Part shown: piece by piece, positions 17,103 to 25,100 of the stretch | How the letters are laid out: each line of letters begins with the position of its first letter | How positions within the stretch are numbered: position 1 is the first letter of the stretch | Assembly: GCA_044866005.1 (NCBI GenBank) | Contig: JBIOTN010000159.1 | Location: 1 to 33,151, forward strand | Source: Candidatus Rokuibacteriota bacterium | GTDB lineage: Bacteria; Methylomirabilota; Methylomirabilia; Rokubacteriales; DASRDR01 | Length of the DNA stretch: 33,151 nucleotides | Direction of reading: 5' to 3' | Translations under genes and position numbers: made by a program | Notes under the pieces: model-generated | Told to the model about the DNA's origin: nothing | Seen by the model: only the letters and a program-made list of their open reading frames with translations | The model's database searches: none

Positions 17103-18382
17103 GAGGCAGCCGCGCGCAACACCAGTGCGGTCGCCTGGCCTTCGAACCCGCGGGCGACGGCAACGGCCTCGCGGATGGCGAGGTTCCGAGCCTGGCGCGG
17201 GACCCAATCCAGCTCGCAATCGGGGTCGAGGTTGTCCAGGTTCAGCGTCGGGGGCACGGCCTGATGATGGATGGCCAGCGCCGCGACGGCCACGTTCAGG
17301 GCCCCGGCGGCGGCGCCCAGGTGTCCGGTGGCCGCCTTGATGCTGCTGCCCGCGAGACGCTGGCAGGCCGGCCCCCAGATCGCGCGGATCGCCCGTGCCT
17401 CGCTCGTGTCGCCGAGCCTCGTCGCGCTGCCGTGGGAGACGATGTAGTCGATCGCGTCGGGCTTCGTGTCGGCCTCCCGCAGCGCCGCGCGGAGCGCGCG
17501 CGCCAGGCCCCGGCCCTCGGGATGCGGGACGACCAGCCGATAGGCGTCGAAGCCGCTTCCGAAGCCGGTGACCTCCGCGTAGATCCGCGCCCCCCGTCGC
17601 GTTGCCGCGTGGTACTCCTCGAGCACGAGGAACGCCGCGCCTTCGCCGACCACGGATCCCGTGCGATCGCGATCGTACGGCCGGCACGCGGCGGCCCCCA
17701 GCTCGTTCCGATCCGTCATGACCTCCAGCCCATCGATCTGCGACAGGTTCCACCACGAGGCCGTGTCGTCGAAGCCGCCGGCCAGGGCGACCTCGGCGTC
17801 GCCGCGACGCACGACCCGACACGCCGTCCCGACGGCGACGGCGCTCGACTCGGCGCCGCCGGCGAAGTAGGTGGAAGGGCCCGTGAAGCCGAACGCCTGG
17901 GAAATGAAGAAGAGGGACGCGGCATGCAGGCCTTGCACGTAGAAGAGCGGGTGGACGACCGACGGCGCGATCCTGGCGAAGCGATGGATGTCGACCGTCC
18001 CCTCGCCGTCGCGGGCGTCCGCGGCCGCCTCCAGGAGCTGCGTGGGATCGGCGATCTGCTTGTCGCCGCCCACGTACAGGGCTATCAGATCGCCGTCGTG
18101 CCCGCTGCCCTCGAGCTTCGCGTCGGCCAGCGCCAGCTTGGCCGCCGCGAATGCCAGCTGGTCGTCTCTCGTCATCAGGCGCAGCATGCGCCGGTTGTCG
18201 ACGAATGCCTCCGGGTCGAAGTCGGCGAGCTCCGCCGCCACCCGGGTGCGGAGCGAGGAGGCGTCGAACCGGCGGATGGGGCCGACCGCGCTCCGGTTCT
18301 CCATCAGCGCGGCCCACGTGGCCTCGGTCCCGATCCCCAGGGGCGTGACGAGCCCCATGCCGGTGACGACCACCCGCCTCAT
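17099..18382 (-). CDS. FabF-like ketosynthase homologue lacking the active-site Cys (CLF or decarboxylase-like)
   Basis: RRVVVTGMG, GEGAAFLVLE, SHGSAT and KAATGH retained; Cys loop reads FAGGAESS. ATGA overlap at 18379-18382. Confidence 0.88.
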   Translation of the reverse strand: MRRVVVTGMGLVTPLGIGTEATWAALMENRSAVGPIRRFDASSLRTRVAAELADFDPEAFVDNRRMLRLMTRDDQLAFAAAKLALADAKLEGSGHDGDLIALYVGGDKQIADPTQLLEAAADARDGEGTVDIHRFARIAPSVVHPLFYVQGLHAASLFFISQAFGFTGPSTYFAGGAESSAVAVGTACRVVRRGDAEVALAGGFDDTASWWNLSQIDGLEVMTDRNELGAAACRPYDRDRTGSVVGEGAAFLVLEEYHAATRRGARIYAEVTGFGSGFDAYRLVVPHPEGRGLARALRAALREADTKPDAIDYIVSHGSATRLGDTSEARAIRAIWGPACQRLAGSSIKAATGHLGAAAGALNVAVAALAIHHQAVPPTLNLDNLDPDCELDWVPRQARNLAIREAVAVARGFEGQATALVLRAAAS

Positions 18383-18786
18383 GGAGACCCCGTGAGGCCG
18401 CGGGGCACGAGTCGGAGTTCCCGGACCGATGTCGTGAGGCGGCCCTCCGTCCACACCGATCCGTGCAACGTGGCGGCGTCAGCCAGGAGCTGCTTCAGCT
18501 CGACCGCCAGCTCCAGCTGGTCACCCGGGCGGACGTAGTGACGGAACCGGATCTCGGTCGCCCTGGAAAGCTGCCACCGGCGCCCCGTCTGCTTCTCCAG
18601 GAAGAGCGCGGCGAGCTCCGCGAGGCTGCCCAGGATCAGGACGCCCGGCAGGACCGGGAAGCGGGGGAAGTGGGTGTCCAGGATGGCGAGCGTGTTCGGG
18701 ACGTTGCGCAGGGCGCGGGCGCCGTGGCCGGGCTGGACGTCCACGATTCGATCGAGCGCGGTCCACTGGCTCACGAGCGCGTTCAC
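18379..18786 (-). CDS. FabZ/FabA-like hot-dog dehydratase subunit (His-bearing)
   Basis: LDRI, THFPRFPVLPGVLILGSL, FRHYVRPGDQL; GTGA overlap start at 18786. Confidence 0.87.
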   Translation of the reverse strand: MNALVSQWTALDRIVDVQPGHGARALRNVPNTLAILDTHFPRFPVLPGVLILGSLAELAALFLEKQTGRRWQLSRATEIRFRHYVRPGDQLELAVELKQLLADAATLHGSVWTEGRLTTSVRELRLVPRGLTGSP

Positions 18787-20054
18787 GAGCCGTCGCCCTC
18801 GGCCTGTCGCATGACGAGCGACGCGTTGGTGCCGCCGAAGGCGAAGGCGTTGACCATGACTCCCCGCACCCGCATGCGGCGCGCGATGTTCGGGACGTAG
18901 TCGAGGTCGAGCTCCGGGTCGGGGTGCTCCAGGTTGATCGTCGGAGGCACGATCTGGTCCCGCAGCGCGCACGCGCCCACCAGGACGTTCAGCGCGCCGG
19001 CGGCGGCGGTGAGATGGCCCGTCATCGACTTCGGCGAGCTGATGGCCAGCCGATAGGCGTCGGCGCCGAAGACGTGCTTCAGGGCGACGGTCTCGGTCAG
19101 GTCGTTGCCGGGAGTGCTCGTCCCGTGGGCCACGACGTAGTCGATCGCGGCGGTGGGCAGACCCGAGTCCTTGAGCGCGCTCGCCATCGCCAGGATGGTC
19201 CCCCCGCCGTCCGGTGGAGAGTCGGTGATGCGATAGGCGTTGAGGCTCGAGCCGTAGCCGACCAGCTCAGCGTAGATCCGCGCCCCGCGACCCCGCGCCG
19301 CCTCCCAGTCTTCGAGCACGGCGACGACGGCGCCCTCCCCGAGCACGAACCCGGAGCGCTCGCGGTCGAACGGCCGGCACGCCCGCTCGGGCGCCTCGTT
19401 GTACTCGGCCGCGAGGGCCCCCACGAGAGCAAAGCCCAGGACGTCGAGGTAGGTCGTGAGCGCGTCGTACCCGCCGGCGAGCATCAGCTTCGCCTCGCCG
19501 AGCTGGATGCGGCGAAAGGCTTCTCCGATGGCGTGCGACGACGCCGCGCACGCCGTGCTGACACTGATCATGGGGCCCTGGCATCCACCGAGCAGCGCCA
19601 TGGCGGCCACCGGGAGGTTCTGTGCCCGGAGGAGCGCGTGCGCCGGAGCGGTCCGGTGGAGAACCTTGCCGCCCGTGGTCCGCTGCAGGTGTCCCTTCTC
19701 GGCCAGCTCGTCGAGCGGAGGTCGCCCGGCATGCCCGCCCATCGCGATCCCGCGATCCTCGGGCTGATAGGTCTCCGGTCCCACCTGCGCATCCTGGAGG
19801 GCCTGGGCGGCCGCGCCGACTCCGAACTCGCCCGCTCGCCACAGAAAGCGCTTCCAGCGCGGTTCGGGTAGATAGGGGTCCACGGCGAAGTCCTTGACCA
19901 TGCCGGCGATGCGGACCGGATACTCCTGGGCCGGGAAGGTGGTGATCGGCCCGATGCCGCTCCGGCCGGCCACCAGCGAGGCCCAGGTGCTCGCGAGATC
20001 ATTGCCGACCGGCGTGATGGCCCCCAGCCCGGTGATCGCGACCCGAGCCGTCAT
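18783..20054 (-). CDS. fabF: Beta-ketoacyl-ACP synthase II
   Basis: RVAITGLG, STACAAS (Cys), AHGTST (His), KSMTGH (His), NAFAFGG; ATGA overlap at 20051-20054. Confidence 0.93.
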   Translation of the reverse strand: MTARVAITGLGAITPVGNDLASTWASLVAGRSGIGPITTFPAQEYPVRIAGMVKDFAVDPYLPEPRWKRFLWRAGEFGVGAAAQALQDAQVGPETYQPEDRGIAMGGHAGRPPLDELAEKGHLQRTTGGKVLHRTAPAHALLRAQNLPVAAMALLGGCQGPMISVSTACAASSHAIGEAFRRIQLGEAKLMLAGGYDALTTYLDVLGFALVGALAAEYNEAPERACRPFDRERSGFVLGEGAVVAVLEDWEAARGRGARIYAELVGYGSSLNAYRITDSPPDGGGTILAMASALKDSGLPTAAIDYVVAHGTSTPGNDLTETVALKHVFGADAYRLAISSPKSMTGHLTAAAGALNVLVGACALRDQIVPPTINLEHPDPELDLDYVPNIARRMRVRGVMVNAFAFGGTNASLVMRQAEGDGS

Positions 20055-20503
20055 CGGCCGGTCTCGGACCGGCTCAGCAGGGTACGGAGCTGCGCCGTCT
20101 CGGTCGGGTCTTCCAGCTCCGCCGCGTCCACCAGCACGCACATGATGGCCTCGGCCTCGAGGACCGGCCGCCCGTCTACGGCCGTGCGGCCGGACAGGAC
20201 GGCGACCTCGTCGCTCATGGACTCGACGGTCCCTTCCAGCTCGAGCACGTCGCCGGGCCGGACGGACCCCAGGAAGGATACGGAGCCGATGGAAGCCAGG
20301 GCGGCCCGCTTCTTCTGGTCCGTGGACAGGACGACGAGCCACGCCCCGGCCTGGCAGAGCGCCTCCAGCACGAGCGGCGCGGGCATGACGGGACCGCTCT
20401 CGGTGACGTCCCAGTACTCCTCGGCGTGCGAGGTGAGCTTGCGGGCACGGATGGAGCGAGCCGGCTCGTAGGCGTCCACGCGATCGACGAGATGGAAGCG
20501 CAT
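20051..20503 (-). CDS. FabZ-like hot-dog dehydratase subunit (Glu-bearing)
   Basis: MRFHLVDRV, PVMPAPLVLEALCQ, FLGSVRPGDVL; HFP motif absent. Confidence 0.85.
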   Translation of the reverse strand: MRFHLVDRVDAYEPARSIRARKLTSHAEEYWDVTESGPVMPAPLVLEALCQAGAWLVVLSTDQKKRAALASIGSVSFLGSVRPGDVLELEGTVESMSDEVAVLSGRTAVDGRPVLEAEAIMCVLVDAAELEDPTETAQLRTLLSRSETGR

Positions 20504-20507
20504 GGGG

Positions 20508-20960
20508 TCAGACGGCGGCGCGTCCTTCGCCACGGCCCCGGCCGTCGGCCGCCGCCGGCCCACGGGCCACCACCAGCGCCTGCGCGATGGCCAGGTCCCC
20601 GGTGTGAGAGAGCGATACGTCCACGTCCGTGAACCCGCGTCGCCGCGCGTAGGCCTGCACCTCGCCGTGCAGGACGACCGCCGGGCGGCCCGCGGCCCCG
20701 CCCTCGATCTCCACGTCGGTCCACTGCATCCTCTGTCCGAGCCCCGTTCCGAACGCCTTCAGGATTGCTTCCTTCGCCGCGAAGCGCGCAGCCAGGTGCT
20801 CGTAGCAGCGCCGCTTGCCGAGGCAGTGGGCGAGCTCGCGCTCGGTGAAGACGGTTTCCAGGATCCCCGGATTCTCGGTCGCGAGCCGCTGCACGCGCCC
20901 GACCCGGACGATGTCCACCCCGATCCGGAGGCTCGGCTCAGCCGACCCGGGCGGCCGCAC
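20508..20960 (-). CDS. acpS: Holo-ACP synthase (AcpS-type phosphopantetheinyl transferase)
   Basis: IGVDIV, FTERE, LAARFAAKEAILKAFGTG, VSLSH; exact start uncertain. Confidence 0.92.
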   Translation of the reverse strand: MRPPGSAEPSLRIGVDIVRVGRVQRLATENPGILETVFTERELAHCLGKRRCYEHLAARFAAKEAILKAFGTGLGQRMQWTDVEIEGGAAGRPAVVLHGEVQAYARRRGFTDVDVSLSHTGDLAIAQALVVARGPAAADGRGRGEGRAAV

Positions 20961-21339
20961 GCTGGGAAACCATGTCGGCCAGGTTCTGGACGGTGAACAG
21001 GTTGATGACCTTTCGGGCGTCCAGCCGCCCGGCCAGCTCGTCGGGGTTGATCTGCGGCATCACCTTCTTGAGGTGGGCCAGTCCAGTCGGCGCGACCATC
21101 CCGTCCTCGGTGCCGAACTCCTCGTCCGGGATGCCGCCCTGGATGTAGGCCGCGAGATCCGCCGCCTTGATCTTGATCCCCAGCTTCCGCTCGATCCGGA
21201 AGAGGACGTCCAGCAGGTCGATCGATTCCGCCCCCAGATCGTCGAGCAACGAGGCGCCGGGCCTGACCTCCGCTTCGGCGATGCCGAGCGCCTCGACTAC
21301 CGCCCTCCGGACCGTGCTCAAGATCTCGTCGTCTGCCAT
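20938..21339 (-). CDS. Acyl carrier protein, elongated type (133 aa)
   Basis: DDLGAESIDLLDVLFRIE (Ppant Ser), C-terminal TVQNLADMV helix; GAAGGAG RBS. Confidence 0.9.
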   Translation of the reverse strand: MADDEILSTVRRAVVEALGIAEAEVRPGASLLDDLGAESIDLLDVLFRIERKLGIKIKAADLAAYIQGGIPDEEFGTEDGMVAPTGLAHLKKVMPQINPDELAGRLDARKVINLFTVQNLADMVSQRAAARVG

Positions 21340-21397
21340 GGCCTCTCCTTCTCCGTGATGTGTGATGGTCGCCAGGCCCGCCTCGCCGGGACGCGGG

Positions 21398-22171
21398 TCA
21401 TCGTAGCGGTGCGCCCACGCCGAGCATGCTGCTCGTGCCGCCGTCCACCGTGACGAGGGCGCCCGTCACGTAGCCGGCGTCGGGGCCGGCCAGAAAAGCC
21501 ACCACGCGGGCCAACTGCTCGGGTGTGGCGATCGTGCGCAACGGAATCTGACGGACGATCCCATCGCCGCCATCCCGCTCGAGGAGGTCGTGCACGAGAT
21601 CGGTGTCTACGAACCCGGAGAGCACCGCGTTGACCCTGACCCCGAAACGCGACAGCTCCATGGCGCAACAGCGGGTGAACGCGTTGACGGCGGCTTTCGA
21701 GGCCGCGTAGTTCGACTGGCCGATCCAGCCGCGCTCGGCCATGACGGAGGACACGTTCACGATGACGCCGTCGCGTTGCGCCATCATGTGCCCGATGCTG
21801 GCCTTGGTGCAGTGGAAGACGCCGCCGAAGTTGACGCGCATGACGTCGAACCAGTCCGCGGCGTCGAGGTTGAAGAGCAAGCCGTCCTTGGCCACGCCCG
21901 CGTTGTTGACGAGTATGTGCAGGCCGCCTAGATCGGAGAGGGTGCGCTGGACCATCGCCTCGACCTGGGCGTAGTCCGCCACGTCGGCCGCGACCGCGAT
22001 GCCGGTTCCCCCCGCACTCTGGATCGTGCGCAGGACGTCCCCGGCCCGGTCCGCGCGGGCCCTATAGTTCACGGCGACGGCCGCCCCCGCTTCGGCCAGG
22101 GCGAGGGCGATGGCCCGCCCGATGCCGCGGGAGGCGCCCGTCACGAGGGCGACCTTTCCTTTGAGCTTCAT
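21398..22171 (-). CDS. fabG: 3-oxoacyl-ACP reductase (SDR)
   Basis: TGASRGIG, NNAG, NVSS, NYAASK, VDGG; ATG at 22171. Confidence 0.9.
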   Translation of the reverse strand: MKLKGKVALVTGASRGIGRAIALALAEAGAAVAVNYRARADRAGDVLRTIQSAGGTGIAVAADVADYAQVEAMVQRTLSDLGGLHILVNNAGVAKDGLLFNLDAADWFDVMRVNFGGVFHCTKASIGHMMAQRDGVIVNVSSVMAERGWIGQSNYAASKAAVNAFTRCCAMELSRFGVRVNAVLSGFVDTDLVHDLLERDGGDGIVRQIPLRTIATPEQLARVVAFLAGPDAGYVTGALVTVDGGTSSMLGVGAPLR

Positions 22172-22233
22172 CTTCCGGCAATCCACGCGTGCCGGCCGGC
22201 CCTCGGGAGGCGCCGGCGCCCCGCGCCGGGCGA

Positions 22234-22710
22234 CTACCTGTGCTGGGGGGGTCCCAGCCGGCTGACGGCCTCGTGCAGGTCGCGGTGCGCCTCGAGCACG
22301 TCCTTCAGCGTGGCGAGGTTCGCCTCGACCTCGCGCTTGATCATGCGCTCGGCGATCGCCTTGGCGGCCTTGAAGGTGCCGCGAGTGTCGATCTCGATCT
22401 CCACGGTCAGGCGCGTCCCGCCCTTGACCGGCTCGAGCGTCGTGCGCTGGTCGATGCTGAACTGAGGGGATTCCTCTTTCACGCGGTAGGCCTTGTCTTT
22501 CTCGAATTCCACGATGTAGCCCTCGAACTCCAGCCGACGCCCCATGAACTTTCGCACTTCGCGGAGCTTCGTGCCGACCCCGGTCTGGCCCTGCGAGTCC
22601 ACCTCGATCAGACCATGCTGCCAGTTCACGTGCTTCTCCGGATGCGCGACGAAATCGAAGATCTCCCCCGCTGGGCGCTCGATCACGGTGCTGCTGGCGA
22701 AGCTGATCAT
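22234..22710 (-). CDS. SRPBCC/START-fold protein (polyketide cyclase/dehydrase family)
   Basis: STVIERPAGEIFDFVAHPEK..W, GVGTKLREVR, LEPVKGGTRLT, C-terminal helix NLATLKDVLE; GGAGGAG RBS. Confidence 0.85.
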   Translation of the reverse strand: MISFASSTVIERPAGEIFDFVAHPEKHVNWQHGLIEVDSQGQTGVGTKLREVRKFMGRRLEFEGYIVEFEKDKAYRVKEESPQFSIDQRTTLEPVKGGTRLTVEIEIDTRGTFKAAKAIAERMIKREVEANLATLKDVLEAHRDLHEAVSRLGPPQHR

Positions 22711-22792
22711 TGGGCACTCCTCCGCGGTCGGGTGCTCGAGACACGGGCGGGAAGCTGGCCACCTCGGTGCGTCGCCCGCTCAGTACGTCAGG

Positions 22793-22821
22793 ACTCTAGG
22801 TTGTCGGTCAGGGGTTGTCAA
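22793..22821 (-). promoter_or_regulatory. Sigma70-type promoter of the biosynthetic operon
   Basis: Minus strand TTGACA (22821-22816), 17-nt spacer, TAGAGT (22798-22793), about 80 nt upstream of the first ATG. Confidence 0.75.
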
Positions 22822-22878
22822 GGGTTGTGCGAACCCGACACTCCCTTCCCGGTCGCGCCCCCGTGCCGGCGGAGCTTA

Positions 22879-22894
22879 TGGCATACTCGGTGCT
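22879..22894 (+). promoter_or_regulatory. Candidate sigma54 -24/-12 promoter facing the antiporter
   Basis: TGGCATACTCGGTGCT has GG and GC at the exact spacing of the consensus TGGCACGNNNNTTGCW. Confidence 0.4.
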
Positions 22895-23007
22895 CGGCCC
22901 GGCAGCCCGTCACCCGGCGCCCGGCCGCTCGACCGTCGCCCTGCGGCGGAACGGCCCGCCCCGGCCTCCGGGGCCGGGCGGGCGTCGTCGCGGCCGGGAG
23001 AGTGCGT

Positions 23008-23013
23008 TATACT
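23008..23013 (+). promoter_or_regulatory. Candidate -10 box (TATACT) upstream of the antiporter
   Basis: AT-rich hexamer in GC-rich context, 86 nt before ATG 23100; no good -35. Confidence 0.4.
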
Positions 23014-23099
23014 ACTGCCCCACACCCTGGACATACCCGCGCGGACCGGGTCGCCCCCGCTTCGACCGGTCGTGGGACACGAGGTAGGCTGACCGACAG

Positions 23100-25034
23100 A
23101 TGAACCTGCTCGCTGCCCTCAGCATCTGCATCATCGCGTCGTCCGTCCTGGCGTTCCTCGCGCGATCGCTCCGCCAGCCGCTGATCCTCGGCTACATCGT
23201 GGCCGGCGCCCTCCTCGGGCCCCACGTCGGGTTCGGGATCATCACGGACGAGCACGACATCGAGCTGATCGCCGAGATCGGGCTGATCCTCCTGCTCTTC
23301 ATCATCGGCCTGGAGATCAACCTGCCACGCCTGGCCCAGGCCGGCCGGACCATCGTCGTGACGGGCTTGCTCCAAGCCCCCATCTGCGCGGCCCTGGCCT
23401 GGCTGGCGCTGAGCCCGCTGGCCGCCTCGACCGGCGGCCGCTTCGACCAGCTCTACCTCGCGGTGGCGACGAGCATGTCGTCCACCTTGATCGTGGTCAA
23501 GCTCCTGGCGGACAAATTCGAGATCGGGACGTTCGGCGGCCGCCTCACGCTAGGCATCCTCGTCTTCCAGGACCTGTGGGCGATCATCTTCCTGGCGCTC
23601 CAGCCCAACCTGGACAACCTCCAGGCGCTCCCGCTCCTGCGCTCGCTCGCGGTCGGCGCCGCGCTGCTCGTGGGCGCCGTGCTCGCCGCGCGGTACCTCC
23701 TGCCCGCCTACTTCCGCGCCATCGCCACCTCGCCGGAGCTCCTGCTGGTGAGCTCGATGTCGTGGTGCTTCCTGGTCTCGGGCGCGGCCGCCTGGGTCGG
23801 GCTCTCGGCCGCGATGGGCGCCCTCATCGCCGGCGTGGTGATCGAGAACTACCCCTATACCACCGAGGTCATCTCGAGCATCTCGGGCGTCCGCGACTTC
23901 TTCATCACCCTCTTCTTCGTCGCGCTGGGGCTCAAGATCCCGAGCCCGTCCGCGGAGCTCGTGCTCCTCGCGCTGGGGGTCGCCGCGTTCGTCGTGGTGA
24001 GCCGGTTCCTGGCCCTGTACCCGAAGTTCGCGTTCCTGAAGGTGGACACCCGCACGGCTGGCGTGGTGGCGATCAACCTCGGGCAGATGAGCGAGTTCTC
24101 GCTGGTCATCGTGACGCTGGGGGTGAGCTACGGACACGTGAGCCAGACCATGGGCTCGCTCGTCCTCTACACGCTCCTGATCACCTCCGTCCTGTCCACG
24201 TACGGCATCCTCTACAACCACGCGGTGGCCACCTGGCTCTCGCGCCGGCTGGAGCGCGTGGGGCTCCCCCAGTGGTTCGGCGAGGACGCCTCGGCCGCGG
24301 CGGAGGAGAAGGGGCGGGACCTCTTCCTGCTCGGCGTCTCGCGCGAGGGCCTCGCCCTCGTGGACTATCTCCGACGGAACGATCCGGCGATGAAGGAGCG
24401 CATCGTCGGGATCGACTTCAACCCGGAGACGCTCCGGCGCCTCAAGGAGCAGGGCGTCGAGCATCACTACGGCGACATTTCCAACGCCGAGACGCTCCGG
24501 CTCGCGGGCATCGAGCGGGCGGCCATCGTGGTGTCCGGGATCTCGGACTGGTTCCTCAAGGGGATCGACAATCTGCACATCCTCCGGGAGGTGCGCATGA
24601 TCGCCCCCGGGGCGCGCGTGGTCGTGACCGCGGACACGGTGGAGGGCGCCGAGCGGCTGTACGCCGAGGGCGCGGATTACGTGATGATCCCACCGGCCCT
24701 GACGGCCGAGCATCTGTACCCGGTCTTGCGGGACGGCCTCCCGGAGGCCGCGGCCACCGGGCCGCGCTGGCTCATCGTGCTCCGGCAGGACCAGGTCGAG
24801 CTCCACGAGCGGCTGCGGCACCGCTTCAAGGGCGTGGCGCTGGTGATCGTCGATCGGCGCCAGGGTGACCGGCGGCGCGACGGCAGCGCGGTCGAGGCGG
24901 AGCGGCGGCGGGGGGATCGCCGGCGGCCGCTGTCGGTGCCCGACCTCGCCCGCTGGCGCTTTCTCGGGTACCACATGATCGACAAGGGCGAGCGGGTCGG
25001 CGTCTACCGCCTGAAGGAAGACGCGAAGGCCTAG
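23100..25034 (+). CDS. CPA2 cation:proton antiporter (Kef-like) with RCK/TrkA-N domain and Arg-rich C-terminal module
   Basis: QPLILGYIVAG, LLLFIIGLE, SSTLIVVKLL, GILVFQD, FFVALG, LGQMSEFSLV; many TM segments; RCK-like IDFNPE...YGDIS...AGIERA...GADYV; GAGG RBS. Confidence 0.92.
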   Translation: MNLLAALSICIIASSVLAFLARSLRQPLILGYIVAGALLGPHVGFGIITDEHDIELIAEIGLILLLFIIGLEINLPRLAQAGRTIVVTGLLQAPICAALAWLALSPLAASTGGRFDQLYLAVATSMSSTLIVVKLLADKFEIGTFGGRLTLGILVFQDLWAIIFLALQPNLDNLQALPLLRSLAVGAALLVGAVLAARYLLPAYFRAIATSPELLLVSSMSWCFLVSGAAAWVGLSAAMGALIAGVVIENYPYTTEVISSISGVRDFFITLFFVALGLKIPSPSAELVLLALGVAAFVVVSRFLALYPKFAFLKVDTRTAGVVAINLGQMSEFSLVIVTLGVSYGHVSQTMGSLVLYTLLITSVLSTYGILYNHAVATWLSRRLERVGLPQWFGEDASAAAEEKGRDLFLLGVSREGLALVDYLRRNDPAMKERIVGIDFNPETLRRLKEQGVEHHYGDISNAETLRLAGIERAAIVVSGISDWFLKGIDNLHILREVRMIAPGARVVVTADTVEGAERLYAEGADYVMIPPALTAEHLYPVLRDGLPEAAATGPRWLIVLRQDQVELHERLRHRFKGVALVIVDRRQGDRRRDGSAVEAERRRGDRRRPLSVPDLARWRFLGYHMIDKGERVGVYRLKEDAKA

Positions 25035-25100
25035 CGGTCTTCGGGGCTCGCGGTTGCTACGCGGCGGAGCGGCCGGCGAGGCGCCGGCAGACCGGGCCGC

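Noticed and set aside
13606..18317. 994-aa and 1199-aa ORFs as multidomain type I PKS
   Set aside because: Their N-terminal parts are off-frame reads of neighbouring genes; real starts are at the 14721 and 17102 overlaps. Only the KS-CLF didomain is a true fusion.
12587..22710. Housekeeping fatty-acid synthesis operon
   Set aside because: No plsX/rpmF context or enoyl reductase, atypical ACP, and several catalytically altered paralogues.
5058..22710. Canonical aryl polyene, ladderane, beta-branching or ole cluster
   Set aside because: No acyl-AMP ligase, methyltransferase, glycosyltransferase, radical SAM, HMG-CoA synthase/enoyl-CoA hydratase or OleBCD genes in the window.
22802..23098. 10-bp inverted pair tgtcggtcag / ctgaccgaca near the ends of the divergent intergenic region
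   Set aside because: A 10-bp match within ~400 bp of GC-rich DNA is plausible by chance; no target-site duplication or transposase.
25072..25088. Hairpin between convergent antiporter and corA as terminator
   Set aside because: Only a 7-bp stem with a 3-nt loop and no U-tract on either strand.
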